This document shows, piece by piece, positions 37,701 to 45,782 of a stretch of DNA of 64,000 bases. Under the pieces are notes generated by a model. The model had not been told where the DNA came from and did no database searches. It saw only the letters and a list, made by a program, of their open reading frames with translations. The position numbers and the translations under genes were made by a program. The stretch is from Patescibacteria group bacterium (GTDB taxonomy: Bacteria; Patescibacteriota; Microgenomatia; UBA8517): assembly GCA_022868165.1 (NCBI GenBank), contig JALHYA010000004.1, positions 16,457 to 80,456 of the forward strand, written 5' to 3'. Position 1 is the first letter of the stretch, and each line of letters starts with the position of its first letter.

Positions 37701-38978
37701 ATGTGTAGAGACATGTATATACTGTTTGGGCCTCCTGGAAGTGGTAAAACTGTCCAGGCGAGATTTTTGTCCCAAAGGTTGAAACTGGACGGTATTTCAT
37801 GGGGTGACATCTACTGGGGTACAAAGTTTAACAAGAAGTACAAGGGACAAATTGCTGTAATAAAGAAGGAGGCTATCTCTGACAGAACTCGCTCGAAGGA
37901 GATAGCAAAGATAATTGACAAGGAAATTGGCAGCCTTACTTTACGAAATAAAGGCGGGAAGCGGGGGTTGGTTTTGGACGGATTTCCTAGAAGATTGGGA
38001 GAGGCTAGACTCCTTCTTAAAATATGCAAGAAAAGGGGATACAGAATAAAATCCTTGATTCGCATAAATCCATCTTTAGATTTTTCAGCGAACCGCTTCA
38101 AAAAAAGGCTTTTTTGTGAAAAATGCCGCGCTTATTACGATGAACTCAATCTACCCAAGAAGAAGGGTCGTTGTGATTTAGACGGCGGAAGGCTATCTCA
38201 TATGGATATTTCAAAGGAGAGTGTGGCGAAAGAATTTAACACCTATTTAGACGAATGTCTCGAAACATTTGAATATCTCAAAGATTATGCAGACATTTTT
38301 TTTGATGTAACTGGCGACGATGAAGATATGGTTATTTCTTCAAATATTCTTATTAAAATAAAGAATAGAATTCGAGAAAATTATAGTCTCTTTTCAAGAA
38401 AGCCCTCTACATCTATTATGACTAAGTACGGTAGTTTTAAGCTTGTACCCTATCAATCACGACTAGATTATTCCTACCACTTAGCGCTTGTAAAGGGAAA
38501 CGTTAGAGATGGAAAACGAGTACTGGTTAGGGTTCATTCCTCTTGCATAACCGGAGATATTTTTGGGTCCTATATGTGTGATTGCGGAGAACAACTAGAG
38601 GAATCCATGAAAAGAATCGAGCACGAAAAGAGGGGAGTTTTAATATATTTATTTCAGGAAGGCAGGGGCATAAACATGATTAACAAAATTCAAGCTTACA
38701 GGTTACAACGCAATGGGTATGACACAGTGGATGCTAATGAAGCCATCGGTTTTCCAGCCGAAATGAGGGACTACCGGTTAGTGAAGGAGGTTTTGGAGGA
38801 TTTGGGGGTAAAAACAATTAGATTGTTGTCCAATAGTCCCGAGAAGATCAATAAACTTACAGACCAGGGAGTTATTATAGAAGAAATGGTTGGAGTCGAA
38901 GTAGAGCCTCGAAAGTGGAACAGAGGATACTTGCTTACAAAAAAGGAGAAAATGGGTCATAAGTTGGATGTTTCATAA
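37701..38978 (+). CDS. Fusion protein: N-terminal adenylate-kinase-like NMP kinase + C-terminal GTP cyclohydrolase II (RibA)
   Basis: N: 'FGPPGSGKT', 'DGFPRR', Cys LID 'CEKCRAYYDEL...RCDLDGG'. C: 'VRVHSSCITGDIFGSYMCDCGEQLEES...LFQEGRGINMINKIQAYRLQRNGYDTVDANEAIGFPAEMRDY...IRLLSNSPEKINKLTDQGV' aligns with RibA incl. Zn ligands C-x10-CxC and EGRG. Confidence 0.7.
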   Translation: MCRDMYILFGPPGSGKTVQARFLSQRLKLDGISWGDIYWGTKFNKKYKGQIAVIKKEAISDRTRSKEIAKIIDKEIGSLTLRNKGGKRGLVLDGFPRRLGEARLLLKICKKRGYRIKSLIRINPSLDFSANRFKKRLFCEKCRAYYDELNLPKKKGRCDLDGGRLSHMDISKESVAKEFNTYLDECLETFEYLKDYADIFFDVTGDDEDMVISSNILIKIKNRIRENYSLFSRKPSTSIMTKYGSFKLVPYQSRLDYSYHLALVKGNVRDGKRVLVRVHSSCITGDIFGSYMCDCGEQLEESMKRIEHEKRGVLIYLFQEGRGINMINKIQAYRLQRNGYDTVDANEAIGFPAEMRDYRLVKEVLEDLGVKTIRLLSNSPEKINKLTDQGVIIEEMVGVEVEPRKWNRGYLLTKKEKMGHKLDVS

Positions 38979-39507
38979 TAATATGAAAGTTGTTTTAGGG
39001 TCCACAAGTGATGATAAAAAAAGAATTGTAAAGGCAGCCCTGAAATCTCTTGGTGTAAAGGCTGTGATTGAGGGGGTTACTGTCTCTTCGGGGATAAGTG
39101 AGCAGCCTTTAGATAAAAAGACCACGATTTGCGGTGCAGTGAATCGGGCGGTAGAAGCCTTGAAAATTAAAACCGATTCGGACCTCGCTGTGGGGTTAGA
39201 GGGGGGCTTGGATCGAGTAAAAGATTCAGGCTTTTTTCTTGTGTGTGCGGCTGCTATATATGACAAAAGCGGAGGAATCTATCTGGGAACGAGCAGGAAA
39301 ATAAAACTTCCCAAAGAAGTATCTGAAAAAATAGAGGAGGGGGCATTTTTCGGAACGGTAATTAGAGAATATAGAAAGAAAGTAAGAAAAAATAAGGCAT
39401 TGTTTAATCTTTCAGACCAACTTATAACAAGAAATGTCCCTTTTTCAGAGGCAATACGAAACGCCTATAAATCTTTCAAAGAAGGTACACTCTATCAAAA
39501 GTTTTAG
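38968..39507 (+). CDS. YjjX-family non-canonical purine NTP phosphatase (ITPase/XTPase, DUF84)
   Basis: 'MKVVLGSTSDDKKRIVKAALKSLG....VSSGISEQPLDKKTTICGAVNRA' parallels YjjX '..[23 protein letters not shown]'; start may be Met at 38983. Confidence 0.55.
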   Translation: MFHNNMKVVLGSTSDDKKRIVKAALKSLGVKAVIEGVTVSSGISEQPLDKKTTICGAVNRAVEALKIKTDSDLAVGLEGGLDRVKDSGFFLVCAAAIYDKSGGIYLGTSRKIKLPKEVSEKIEEGAFFGTVIREYRKKVRKNKALFNLSDQLITRNVPFSEAIRNAYKSFKEGTLYQKF

Positions 39508-39508
39508 G

Positions 39509-39627
39509 ATTTGACCGATAATTCCGCCACCCCGGCCGAAGTCTTTGAATACGCGCCCGATTTAATCTTCACCTATCCCTATAAACTTAGGGAAAGAAGG
39601 ATCTTCTGGCAAGAAGTAGCCCCATAG
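39509..39627 (+). pseudogene. 119-bp direct repeat, copy 2: orphan 3' fragment (last 39 codons + stop) of the adhesin-like gene 31649-33265 = putative attR
   Basis: 100% identical to 33147-33265; an in-frame TAG two codons upstream, no start codon. Confidence 0.85.
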
Positions 39628-39629
39628 GT

Positions 39630-40835
39630 TTAGGCTGAATCGACAATCGTCATCTCCGCGTTAGCTGAAATCTTTTCCAAGGAAGCGGGTTTGTTGTTGA
39701 AAAAGGCATATGAGGCGATATATGCGGCGTTGTCCGTGCAGAGATTTGCGGGAGGAAATCGTAAATCAACTTTTAACTTTTCACTTTTCACTTTTAACTC
39801 AAATACTTGTCGAAGACGAGTATTAGCCGATACTCCTCCAGCTAAAAGAAGGGATTTGGGCTTGAATTTCTTTACTGCGTCCAGAGTCTTTTTAACTAAA
39901 ACGTCAACGATTGCCTCCTGTATTTCTGCTGCCAGCCTGGAAGTTAGAGGTGGGAAGCTTGAAGCTGGATGTAGATGTTGGAGTTTAGATTTATTCCAAC
40001 TTCTAACTTCTTTGTCCAGCTTCTCACCTCTATTTTCCAATTTCTCTGTTTCCCTAAGCACCGCTGTCTTAAGGCCCGAAAAACTGAAGTCAAAATTATC
40101 CTCATCAATCATCGGTCTGGGAAGTAGATTTAGTTGGAAGTGGGAGGCAGGAGGCTGGAAGTTCGCTGCGGCGGCGGCGATGGCTGGTCCTCCCGGGTAG
40201 GGAAGTCCCAAAAGACGGGCGGACTTGTCAAAAGCCTCGCCGGCCGCATCATCCCTTGTTCCTCCAATCCACTCTATTTTTCCCCGCCCGCCAGCGCTAC
40301 GCGCAAGCGTTGCGGGCGCGGCGTGGCCTTTCATCAGAACCAAATCCGTATGTCCTCCGGAAACAACCAGTGCCAGTGCCGGAAATTCCGGCCGACTATC
40401 CGTTAGCCAGTTGGCGTATATGTGTGCCACAAGATGGTTAACCGGAATAACAGGCTTTTTCCATAAATAGGAAAGGGTTTTGGCCGTTTCTACTCCGACC
40501 AAAAGGGAACCAATAAGGCCCGGCCCGACGGTTACGGCAATGGCGTCTATATTGGAAGATAGAAGATGGAGGTTTGAAGCTAGATTTTGATGTTGGATAT
40601 TAGATTTTTCCTCCAACTTCGAACTTCTAACTTCAGAGACAGTACTTAGTGCTTCGGAGATAACAGGAAGAACGCTGAGAACCTGCTGGCGTGCAGCCTG
40701 CTCCGGGATTACGCCGCCAAATTTGGCCTGCATTTCCGCGCTCGATGCAACAACATTGGAAAGAATTTTTGTTCCGTCTTCGACAACTGCCGCTGCAGTT
40801 TCATCACATGAGGTCTCTATCCCCAGAATTTTCAT
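39630..40835 (-). CDS. tsaD: tRNA N6-adenosine threonylcarbamoyltransferase TsaD carrying two in-frame low-complexity insertions derived from palindromic mini-repeats
   Basis: 'MKILGIETSCDETAAAVV', 'VTVGPGLIGSLLVG', 'LVVSGGHTDL', 'DFSFSGLKTAV' TsaD/Kae1 blocks; 401 aa vs ~340 typical; extra segments coincide with repeats at 39935-40030 and 40553-40636. Confidence 0.8.
   Translation of the reverse strand: MKILGIETSCDETAAAVVEDGTKILSNVVASSAEMQAKFGGVIPEQAARQQVLSVLPVISEALSTVSEVRSSKLEEKSNIQHQNLASNLHLLSSNIDAIAVTVGPGLIGSLLVGVETAKTLSYLWKKPVIPVNHLVAHIYANWLTDSRPEFPALALVVSGGHTDLVLMKGHAAPATLARSAGGRGKIEWIGGTRDDAAGEAFDKSARLLGLPYPGGPAIAAAAANFQPPASHFQLNLLPRPMIDEDNFDFSFSGLKTAVLRETEKLENRGEKLDKEVRSWNKSKLQHLHPASSFPPLTSRLAAEIQEAIVDVLVKKTLDAVKKFKPKSLLLAGGVSANTRLRQVFELKVKSEKLKVDLRFPPANLCTDNAAYIASYAFFNNKPASLEKISANAEMTIVDSA
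39935..40030. repeat. Palindromic mini-repeat (copy D) inserted in frame in tsaD
   Basis: ggaagttagaggtgggaagcttgaagctggat...tccaacttctaacttctttgtccagcttctcacctc; arms gaggtgggaagcttgaagctgga / tccagcttctcacctc. Confidence 0.7.
40553..40636. repeat. Palindromic mini-repeat (copy E) inserted in frame in tsaD
   Basis: gaagatagaagatggaggtttgaagctagattttgatgttggatattagatttttcctccaacttcgaacttctaacttc. Confidence 0.7.
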
Positions 40836-40884
40836 TTCCCAATTATACTATTGAATCTGCCTTCCCGGTGCTAAAATTTAGTCC

Positions 40885-41409
40885 ATGAAAGAGGGGCACA
40901 GAGACGACGACTGTATAAACTGGCTTCTGGGAGATTCTTCCGTCTTTCCGGAAAAGAGGGTTTTGAGTGACAATTCCCGACCTCCCTCAAAGGAAGAGTT
41001 AACAGGCCGTGACGCATTTATAAAGGTTGTTTTTGACAAGATTGATAATCTAGTATTTCGACTATCGCGATATAAACATGAACACGTTCGAGGGTATTCG
41101 ACCATAGAAGGGGAATTTTTTATAAACCCAGGTGTCGCCAAAAAAACTTTGAGTTTTTTAGGTTTAGATCAAGAATCTTCCAGGGCCGGAGAGATAACGG
41201 TTGGTGTTTCTGTTTTAGACATAAAAGGTAAACAGGATGGAGCAAAAATATCGGTGAGAGCTCGGGACAAAGAAGCAATTTTTGCCTTTCAGAGAGATAC
41301 AACCGGTTCCAAAATTACTTTTAGCTGGTTTCCCTCCGGCGATGATGCTTTAAGGGGAGACTTCACTCAAAAAGCCCTCGAGGTAGTGGAGGAGATAGAG
41401 AATTTGTAA
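40885..41409 (+). CDS. Hypothetical protein (174 aa)
   Basis: ORF divergent from tsaD. Confidence 0.4.
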   Translation: MKEGHRDDDCINWLLGDSSVFPEKRVLSDNSRPPSKEELTGRDAFIKVVFDKIDNLVFRLSRYKHEHVRGYSTIEGEFFINPGVAKKTLSFLGLDQESSRAGEITVGVSVLDIKGKQDGAKISVRARDKEAIFAFQRDTTGSKITFSWFPSGDDALRGDFTQKALEVVEEIENL

Positions 41410-41416
41410 AAATAAA

Positions 41417-43159
41417 TCAGTTTGCTGGGCCTGTCCCTCGAAGGTAGACAGCCTGCCAGGGTCGAAAATTTGAAACAAAAGTTTTCTGATAGATTGTCTC
41501 TCCGCCCCTTTCGACGGAATAGTTGAAAGTTACGGTTGCTCCCCAGGCGGTAAAATCAACCTGTTTTACCGTTCCTGTGGGCAGAGTCGGGTCGTCCTGA
41601 TAAAGATCCGGCGGTGGGGGAGATTGATTGGTGATAATCGGCTTGGTTACGGTTGCTACCCTACTGTCTTTGGTTCCGTAGAGCTCGAAAACAAGATTCA
41701 TAGTATTTAAGTCGACCGAAGTTTGAATGAGGATATATCCGGGAGTATCGTTTTTGAATTTCAAATCCGGCGAAGGAGAGTAAACCGTTGCATCAAGGCC
41801 GGGAGGAGAGTCCTGTTCGTAGTAGCCGACGCGATAGGCATGTGCGGCTCTCTCGGCAATTGGGAGTCCGGCATTTAATATTGCCCTAAAAAGGGTTGTC
41901 GAAACCTGGCAAACCCCACCGCCGTCTCCAAGGACGGTTTTTCCGTCTTTTATTATGTAGGCCTGTTTGTAGCCGGTGTAGGGGGAAACGTCTCCCAGAA
42001 CGTCATTGAAGGAAAAAGTATCTCCGGGTTTTACCAAGACTCCGTTGAATCTTGAGGAAGCGAGAACAATATTGTGAATCCTTCCCGGGATAGAGTGGAA
42101 GAAAAGCGAGGAGCCCCGGCCGATTAGCTCCTTTATTCCCAAATTGTTTATGTCTCCTGTTTTAATTTCCGGGGGAGTTGTAACAACGGGAATATCAACG
42201 GATGCCGTTTTTGCATCAGTTGATTCGAGAGTCTGGAGATTTCCGACGACTCGAGTTTCAAGAGCCGAAATATCTACTTTTGCGCCGTCTTTTGAAGGCT
42301 TAAACTCCTGAACCTTTCCGCCCTGAAAGACAAACACAGAATCTTGGGGTTCCCGGTTTACGGATTTGGCAATAGTCTCTTCTTCGGCCTCAATTGCACT
42401 TGTCGAATATTTTCCTTGGGGATTTAAAAACTTGAACAACTCTTCGGAAGAGAAAGAAAACCTTTGAAATTCAAAGCTTAGGTTCAGGGTTTTGCCCACA
42501 AGATTTTGGGCTCTTTCTTTAAATTTATTGGTCTGTTCGGTGTCAAGCGAAGGATCTACTTTGACAATCGGAACATTTATCGGAGAGGTTTTGGCAAAAG
42601 CCAGGTTTTGGCCTATTTCCACGCGAAGAAGCTGGTTATCCAAATTTGTCCCTTTCTTTCCGTTATCTATGACTACATTTCCTCCCACAAGTTTCGCCGT
42701 AGGATATATGGGGTCAACGGTTACTTGGCCCGCGAGAACCGAAATTTGGCTGTTTAATTTGTCCTCGTTGAGATTTATTCTTGAGCCAAGATTTATATGC
42801 CTAAAAAAGCCAAGTGAGCGGCAGTAAAAGTCGGCAAGAATATTTCCGGTTCTGTCCAAGTTGTAAGCCGCCCGGGCGGACTCATTAAAGTTATAAGAAA
42901 AATCAAAAGAGCCGGTTTCGATGTCAAAGTTTTGTCCGTTTGCGCTCAAGGTTAGCTTTGCCGGAGGGACCAATGATTTTTCCAAAGTACTTTGGGCTTC
43001 CTCGGGAGTTTTGCCTCCCAGATAAATTCCGGCGACGGATATGCCCGGAAAAATTCTTCCGGCAAATGCGATGTTATAAGCAGCAAAAAGGACAAGGACC
43101 GAGGTAAAAGAAATTAGAATTTTTTGCAGGTTTTTTTGTTTTTTTCGGGAAAACTTCAT
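41417..43159 (-). CDS. VanW-domain protein (YoaR-like), N-terminally membrane anchored
   Basis: 'GDGGGVCQVSTTLFRAILNAGLPIAERAAHAYRVGYY' VanW signature; start set at MKFSRKK.. (43159) ahead of the TM. Confidence 0.65.
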   Translation of the reverse strand: MKFSRKKQKNLQKILISFTSVLVLFAAYNIAFAGRIFPGISVAGIYLGGKTPEEAQSTLEKSLVPPAKLTLSANGQNFDIETGSFDFSYNFNESARAAYNLDRTGNILADFYCRSLGFFRHINLGSRINLNEDKLNSQISVLAGQVTVDPIYPTAKLVGGNVVIDNGKKGTNLDNQLLRVEIGQNLAFAKTSPINVPIVKVDPSLDTEQTNKFKERAQNLVGKTLNLSFEFQRFSFSSEELFKFLNPQGKYSTSAIEAEEETIAKSVNREPQDSVFVFQGGKVQEFKPSKDGAKVDISALETRVVGNLQTLESTDAKTASVDIPVVTTPPEIKTGDINNLGIKELIGRGSSLFFHSIPGRIHNIVLASSRFNGVLVKPGDTFSFNDVLGDVSPYTGYKQAYIIKDGKTVLGDGGGVCQVSTTLFRAILNAGLPIAERAAHAYRVGYYEQDSPPGLDATVYSPSPDLKFKNDTPGYILIQTSVDLNTMNLVFELYGTKDSRVATVTKPIITNQSPPPPDLYQDDPTLPTGTVKQVDFTAWGATVTFNYSVERGGETIYQKTFVSNFRPWQAVYLRGTGPAN

Positions 43160-43195
43160 GGCTAGTAAATATGATAACATTAAGTTTGAAATTAT

Positions 43196-44578
43196 ATGGA
43201 CGGACAAAATATTTACCAGCCTCAAACTCCAACACCGGTTGTTCCGGTACCTCAAGTTACACCTCCAGCACCAAAAAGGAGAATTCCAAAGATAATTATT
43301 TTTATTTTGCTTGGGCTTGTCTTGCTTTCTTTGATTTTTGCAGCGATTAAATTTTTGCCTAAAAAGACAGCGGGCGGAGGTGAAATTACAATGTGGGGTC
43401 TTTGGGAAGACGAACCAACATTTGCACCACTAATTGCAGAATACCAACAGCAAAATCCCGGCGTAAAAATAACATATGTAAGACAATCCCAACAGGATTA
43501 CCGCGAAAGGCTTACAAATTCTTTGGCCAAGGGAGACGGCCCCGATATTTTCCGTTTCCACAATTCTTGGGTTCCGATGCTTAAAAGCAGTTTGGATTAT
43601 GTTCCGGCGTCGGTAATAAGCCCGGCCGATTTTGCCAAGAATTACTACCCCGTAATGACAAGCGATTTGTCCAGCGGAACCGGTATTGTAGGAATTCCTT
43701 TAATGTATGACGGCTTGGCGCTATTTATTAACCAGGATATTTTTGACAAAGCCGGAAAAATCCCACCGACCACATGGGATGAGCTAAGGATTACCGCTAA
43801 GGCGCTGACCCAAAAAGACGATCAAGGAGTTATCACACAAGCGGGAGTTGCATTGGGTAAAACTGGGAATGTCGACAATTGGCCGGAAATTTTGGCCTTG
43901 ATGATGCTTCAGAACGGAGTTTCTCTTTTTAAACCGACGGGCAAATTGGCTGAAGACGCCTTAACTTTCTACACCCTTTTTTCTACCGTAGACGGGGTGT
44001 GGGACGATACACAGCCGCCTTCGACCGTCGCCTTTGCTACCGGGAAACTTGCAATGTATATTGGACCTTCGTGGCGGGCCTTTGAAATAATGCAGCAAAA
44101 TCCGTCTTTGAAGTTTACAGTTGCACCTGTTCCTCAAGTTCCTAAAGTAAGCCAAAACCAGCCCGGCATTACCTATGCGACATATTGGGTAGAAGGGGTT
44201 TGGGCAAAGAGCAAAAACACGCAGGCCGCCTGGGATTTTCTGAAATTTCTTTCGAGCAAGGATTCATTGACCAAGCTTTACACCAACGCTTCGGCCCAGA
44301 GGCAATTCGGCGAACCCTATCCGAGAACGGATATGGCGGACCTACTCAAGGACCAGCCGATTTTGGCTCCGATTATTTCTCAGGCGCCCAACGCCGAAAG
44401 CTGGTATCTTGATTCGAGAACTTTTGACGGCCCGACAGGAATCAATTCGCAAATAAACAAGTATTTCGAAGATGCTGTAAATGCGGTAGGAAGCGGAACG
44501 CCGGCCGCAAAGGCCCTCGAAACCGTAGCCTCGGGAGTATCCCAAGTTCTTGCCCAATACGGTATGATTGCAAAATGA
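43196..44578 (+). CDS. Extracellular solute-binding protein (ABC transporter SBP family 1), membrane-anchored, no adjacent permease/ATPase
   Basis: N-terminal TM anchor + 'ITMWGLWEDEPTFAPLIAEYQQQNPGVKITYV' SBP_bac_1-like. Confidence 0.6.
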   Translation: MDGQNIYQPQTPTPVVPVPQVTPPAPKRRIPKIIIFILLGLVLLSLIFAAIKFLPKKTAGGGEITMWGLWEDEPTFAPLIAEYQQQNPGVKITYVRQSQQDYRERLTNSLAKGDGPDIFRFHNSWVPMLKSSLDYVPASVISPADFAKNYYPVMTSDLSSGTGIVGIPLMYDGLALFINQDIFDKAGKIPPTTWDELRITAKALTQKDDQGVITQAGVALGKTGNVDNWPEILALMMLQNGVSLFKPTGKLAEDALTFYTLFSTVDGVWDDTQPPSTVAFATGKLAMYIGPSWRAFEIMQQNPSLKFTVAPVPQVPKVSQNQPGITYATYWVEGVWAKSKNTQAAWDFLKFLSSKDSLTKLYTNASAQRQFGEPYPRTDMADLLKDQPILAPIISQAPNAESWYLDSRTFDGPTGINSQINKYFEDAVNAVGSGTPAAKALETVASGVSQVLAQYGMIAK

Positions 44579-45384
44579 AGCTTGAAGCCGGCGAGGTTGC
44601 CTCGATTTATTATCACGACATTTTTGATTATCCTCTAACCCCTTTTGATTTAATCCGCTGGCGGGCGGGGGAAAAGGTAAGACCTAAAGATTTGAATTTT
44701 GAGATTACCCAAGAGAGGGGATACCTTTTTGTCAAAGGCCGCAAGGGACTGATTTTCAAAAGAACGATTCGCGAGAAAAACTTCCAGAGGAAAAAGGAAA
44801 TTGCCCAAAGCGCGGCAAGACTTCTTGCCAAACTTCCGACAATAAAAGTAATCGGACTTACGGGTTCGTTGGCAATGCAAAATGCACCGGATTCGTCCGA
44901 TATAGATTTTTTGATAATCACACGGAAGGGAACTCTTTGGACAACAAGGCTTTTGTCGTTTTTGCTTTTGAAATTGGCAGGTATTCCCACCAGAAGATTT
45001 GGAGACAAAAAGGAAAAGGACAAGATTTGTTTAAATTTGTGGCTCGACGAAACCGCACTTAACTGGCCAAAAACGCAAAGAAACGCTTATACAGCCCACG
45101 AAATCGCACAAATAATCCCGGTGGCGGATAAAGACAAGGTATTCGAAAAATTCCTGTGGCTGAACCGCTGGATAGAGAAGTATTGGCCCAACGCGATTAA
45201 GATAAGAAAAGCTATATTCCGTTCTGGAAAAAAGTCAGGCCCGAGCTTTATCGAGTTTATCGCCAGAAATTTTCAGTTCTGGCACATGAGAGGTAAGATT
45301 ACCCGGGAAAGAGTTTCCAAGAAAAAAGCTCTTTTTCATCCTCAGGATTGGGGAGAAATAGTTAAAACGCGATTTTACACTTGA
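44575..45384 (+). CDS. Polymerase-beta-superfamily nucleotidyltransferase-domain protein
   Basis: 'IGLTGSLAMQNAPDSSDIDFLII' (GS...DxD NTase motif). Confidence 0.5.
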   Translation: MKLEAGEVASIYYHDIFDYPLTPFDLIRWRAGEKVRPKDLNFEITQERGYLFVKGRKGLIFKRTIREKNFQRKKEIAQSAARLLAKLPTIKVIGLTGSLAMQNAPDSSDIDFLIITRKGTLWTTRLLSFLLLKLAGIPTRRFGDKKEKDKICLNLWLDETALNWPKTQRNAYTAHEIAQIIPVADKDKVFEKFLWLNRWIEKYWPNAIKIRKAIFRSGKKSGPSFIEFIARNFQFWHMRGKITRERVSKKKALFHPQDWGEIVKTRFYT

Positions 45385-45440
45385 CAATATCCGCCCACCC
45401 CGTATAAAATAGCACTCGCTGTTGGTATTTGCTAACAGTT
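45381..45440 (+). promoter_or_regulatory. groES promoter (TTGACA-16-TATAAA) followed by a degenerate CIRCE-like inverted repeat
   Basis: TTGACA 45381-45386, TATAAA 45403-45408; 'TAGCACTC-gctgttggt-atttGCTAA' vs CIRCE TTAGCACTC-N9-GAGTGCTAA. Confidence 0.45.
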
Positions 45441-45450
45441 TTTCTAGTAT

Positions 45451-45759
45451 ATGGCAGCCAAATCTTCAAAACCTAATTTTAAGCCCACTGCGGGCTACGT
45501 TCTTATTGAGCCTTTAGAAGCCGAGACAAAAACAGCCTCGGGCATTTATCTTCCCGACACAGCCAGTGAAAAACCCCTAAAAGGAAAAGTCTTGGCAGTA
45601 GGCCCCGACGAGATAACAGATTCCGGTGCCAAAAGGTCGGCTCCGGTAAAAGCGGGGGATTATGTCATTTACAAAAAATGGGGAGGAAACGAAGTCAAAA
45701 TTGACGGCAAAGAATATCTTTTTGCAAAATTCGAGGACGTTTTAGCTGTTGAAGGCTAA
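45451..45759 (+). CDS. groES: Co-chaperonin GroES
   Basis: '[37 protein letters not shown]'. Confidence 0.9.
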   Translation: MAAKSSKPNFKPTAGYVLIEPLEAETKTASGIYLPDTASEKPLKGKVLAVGPDEITDSGAKRSAPVKAGDYVIYKKWGGNEVKIDGKEYLFAKFEDVLAVEG

Positions 45760-45782
45760 AACGTGGTGAGCGAAGTCGAACC

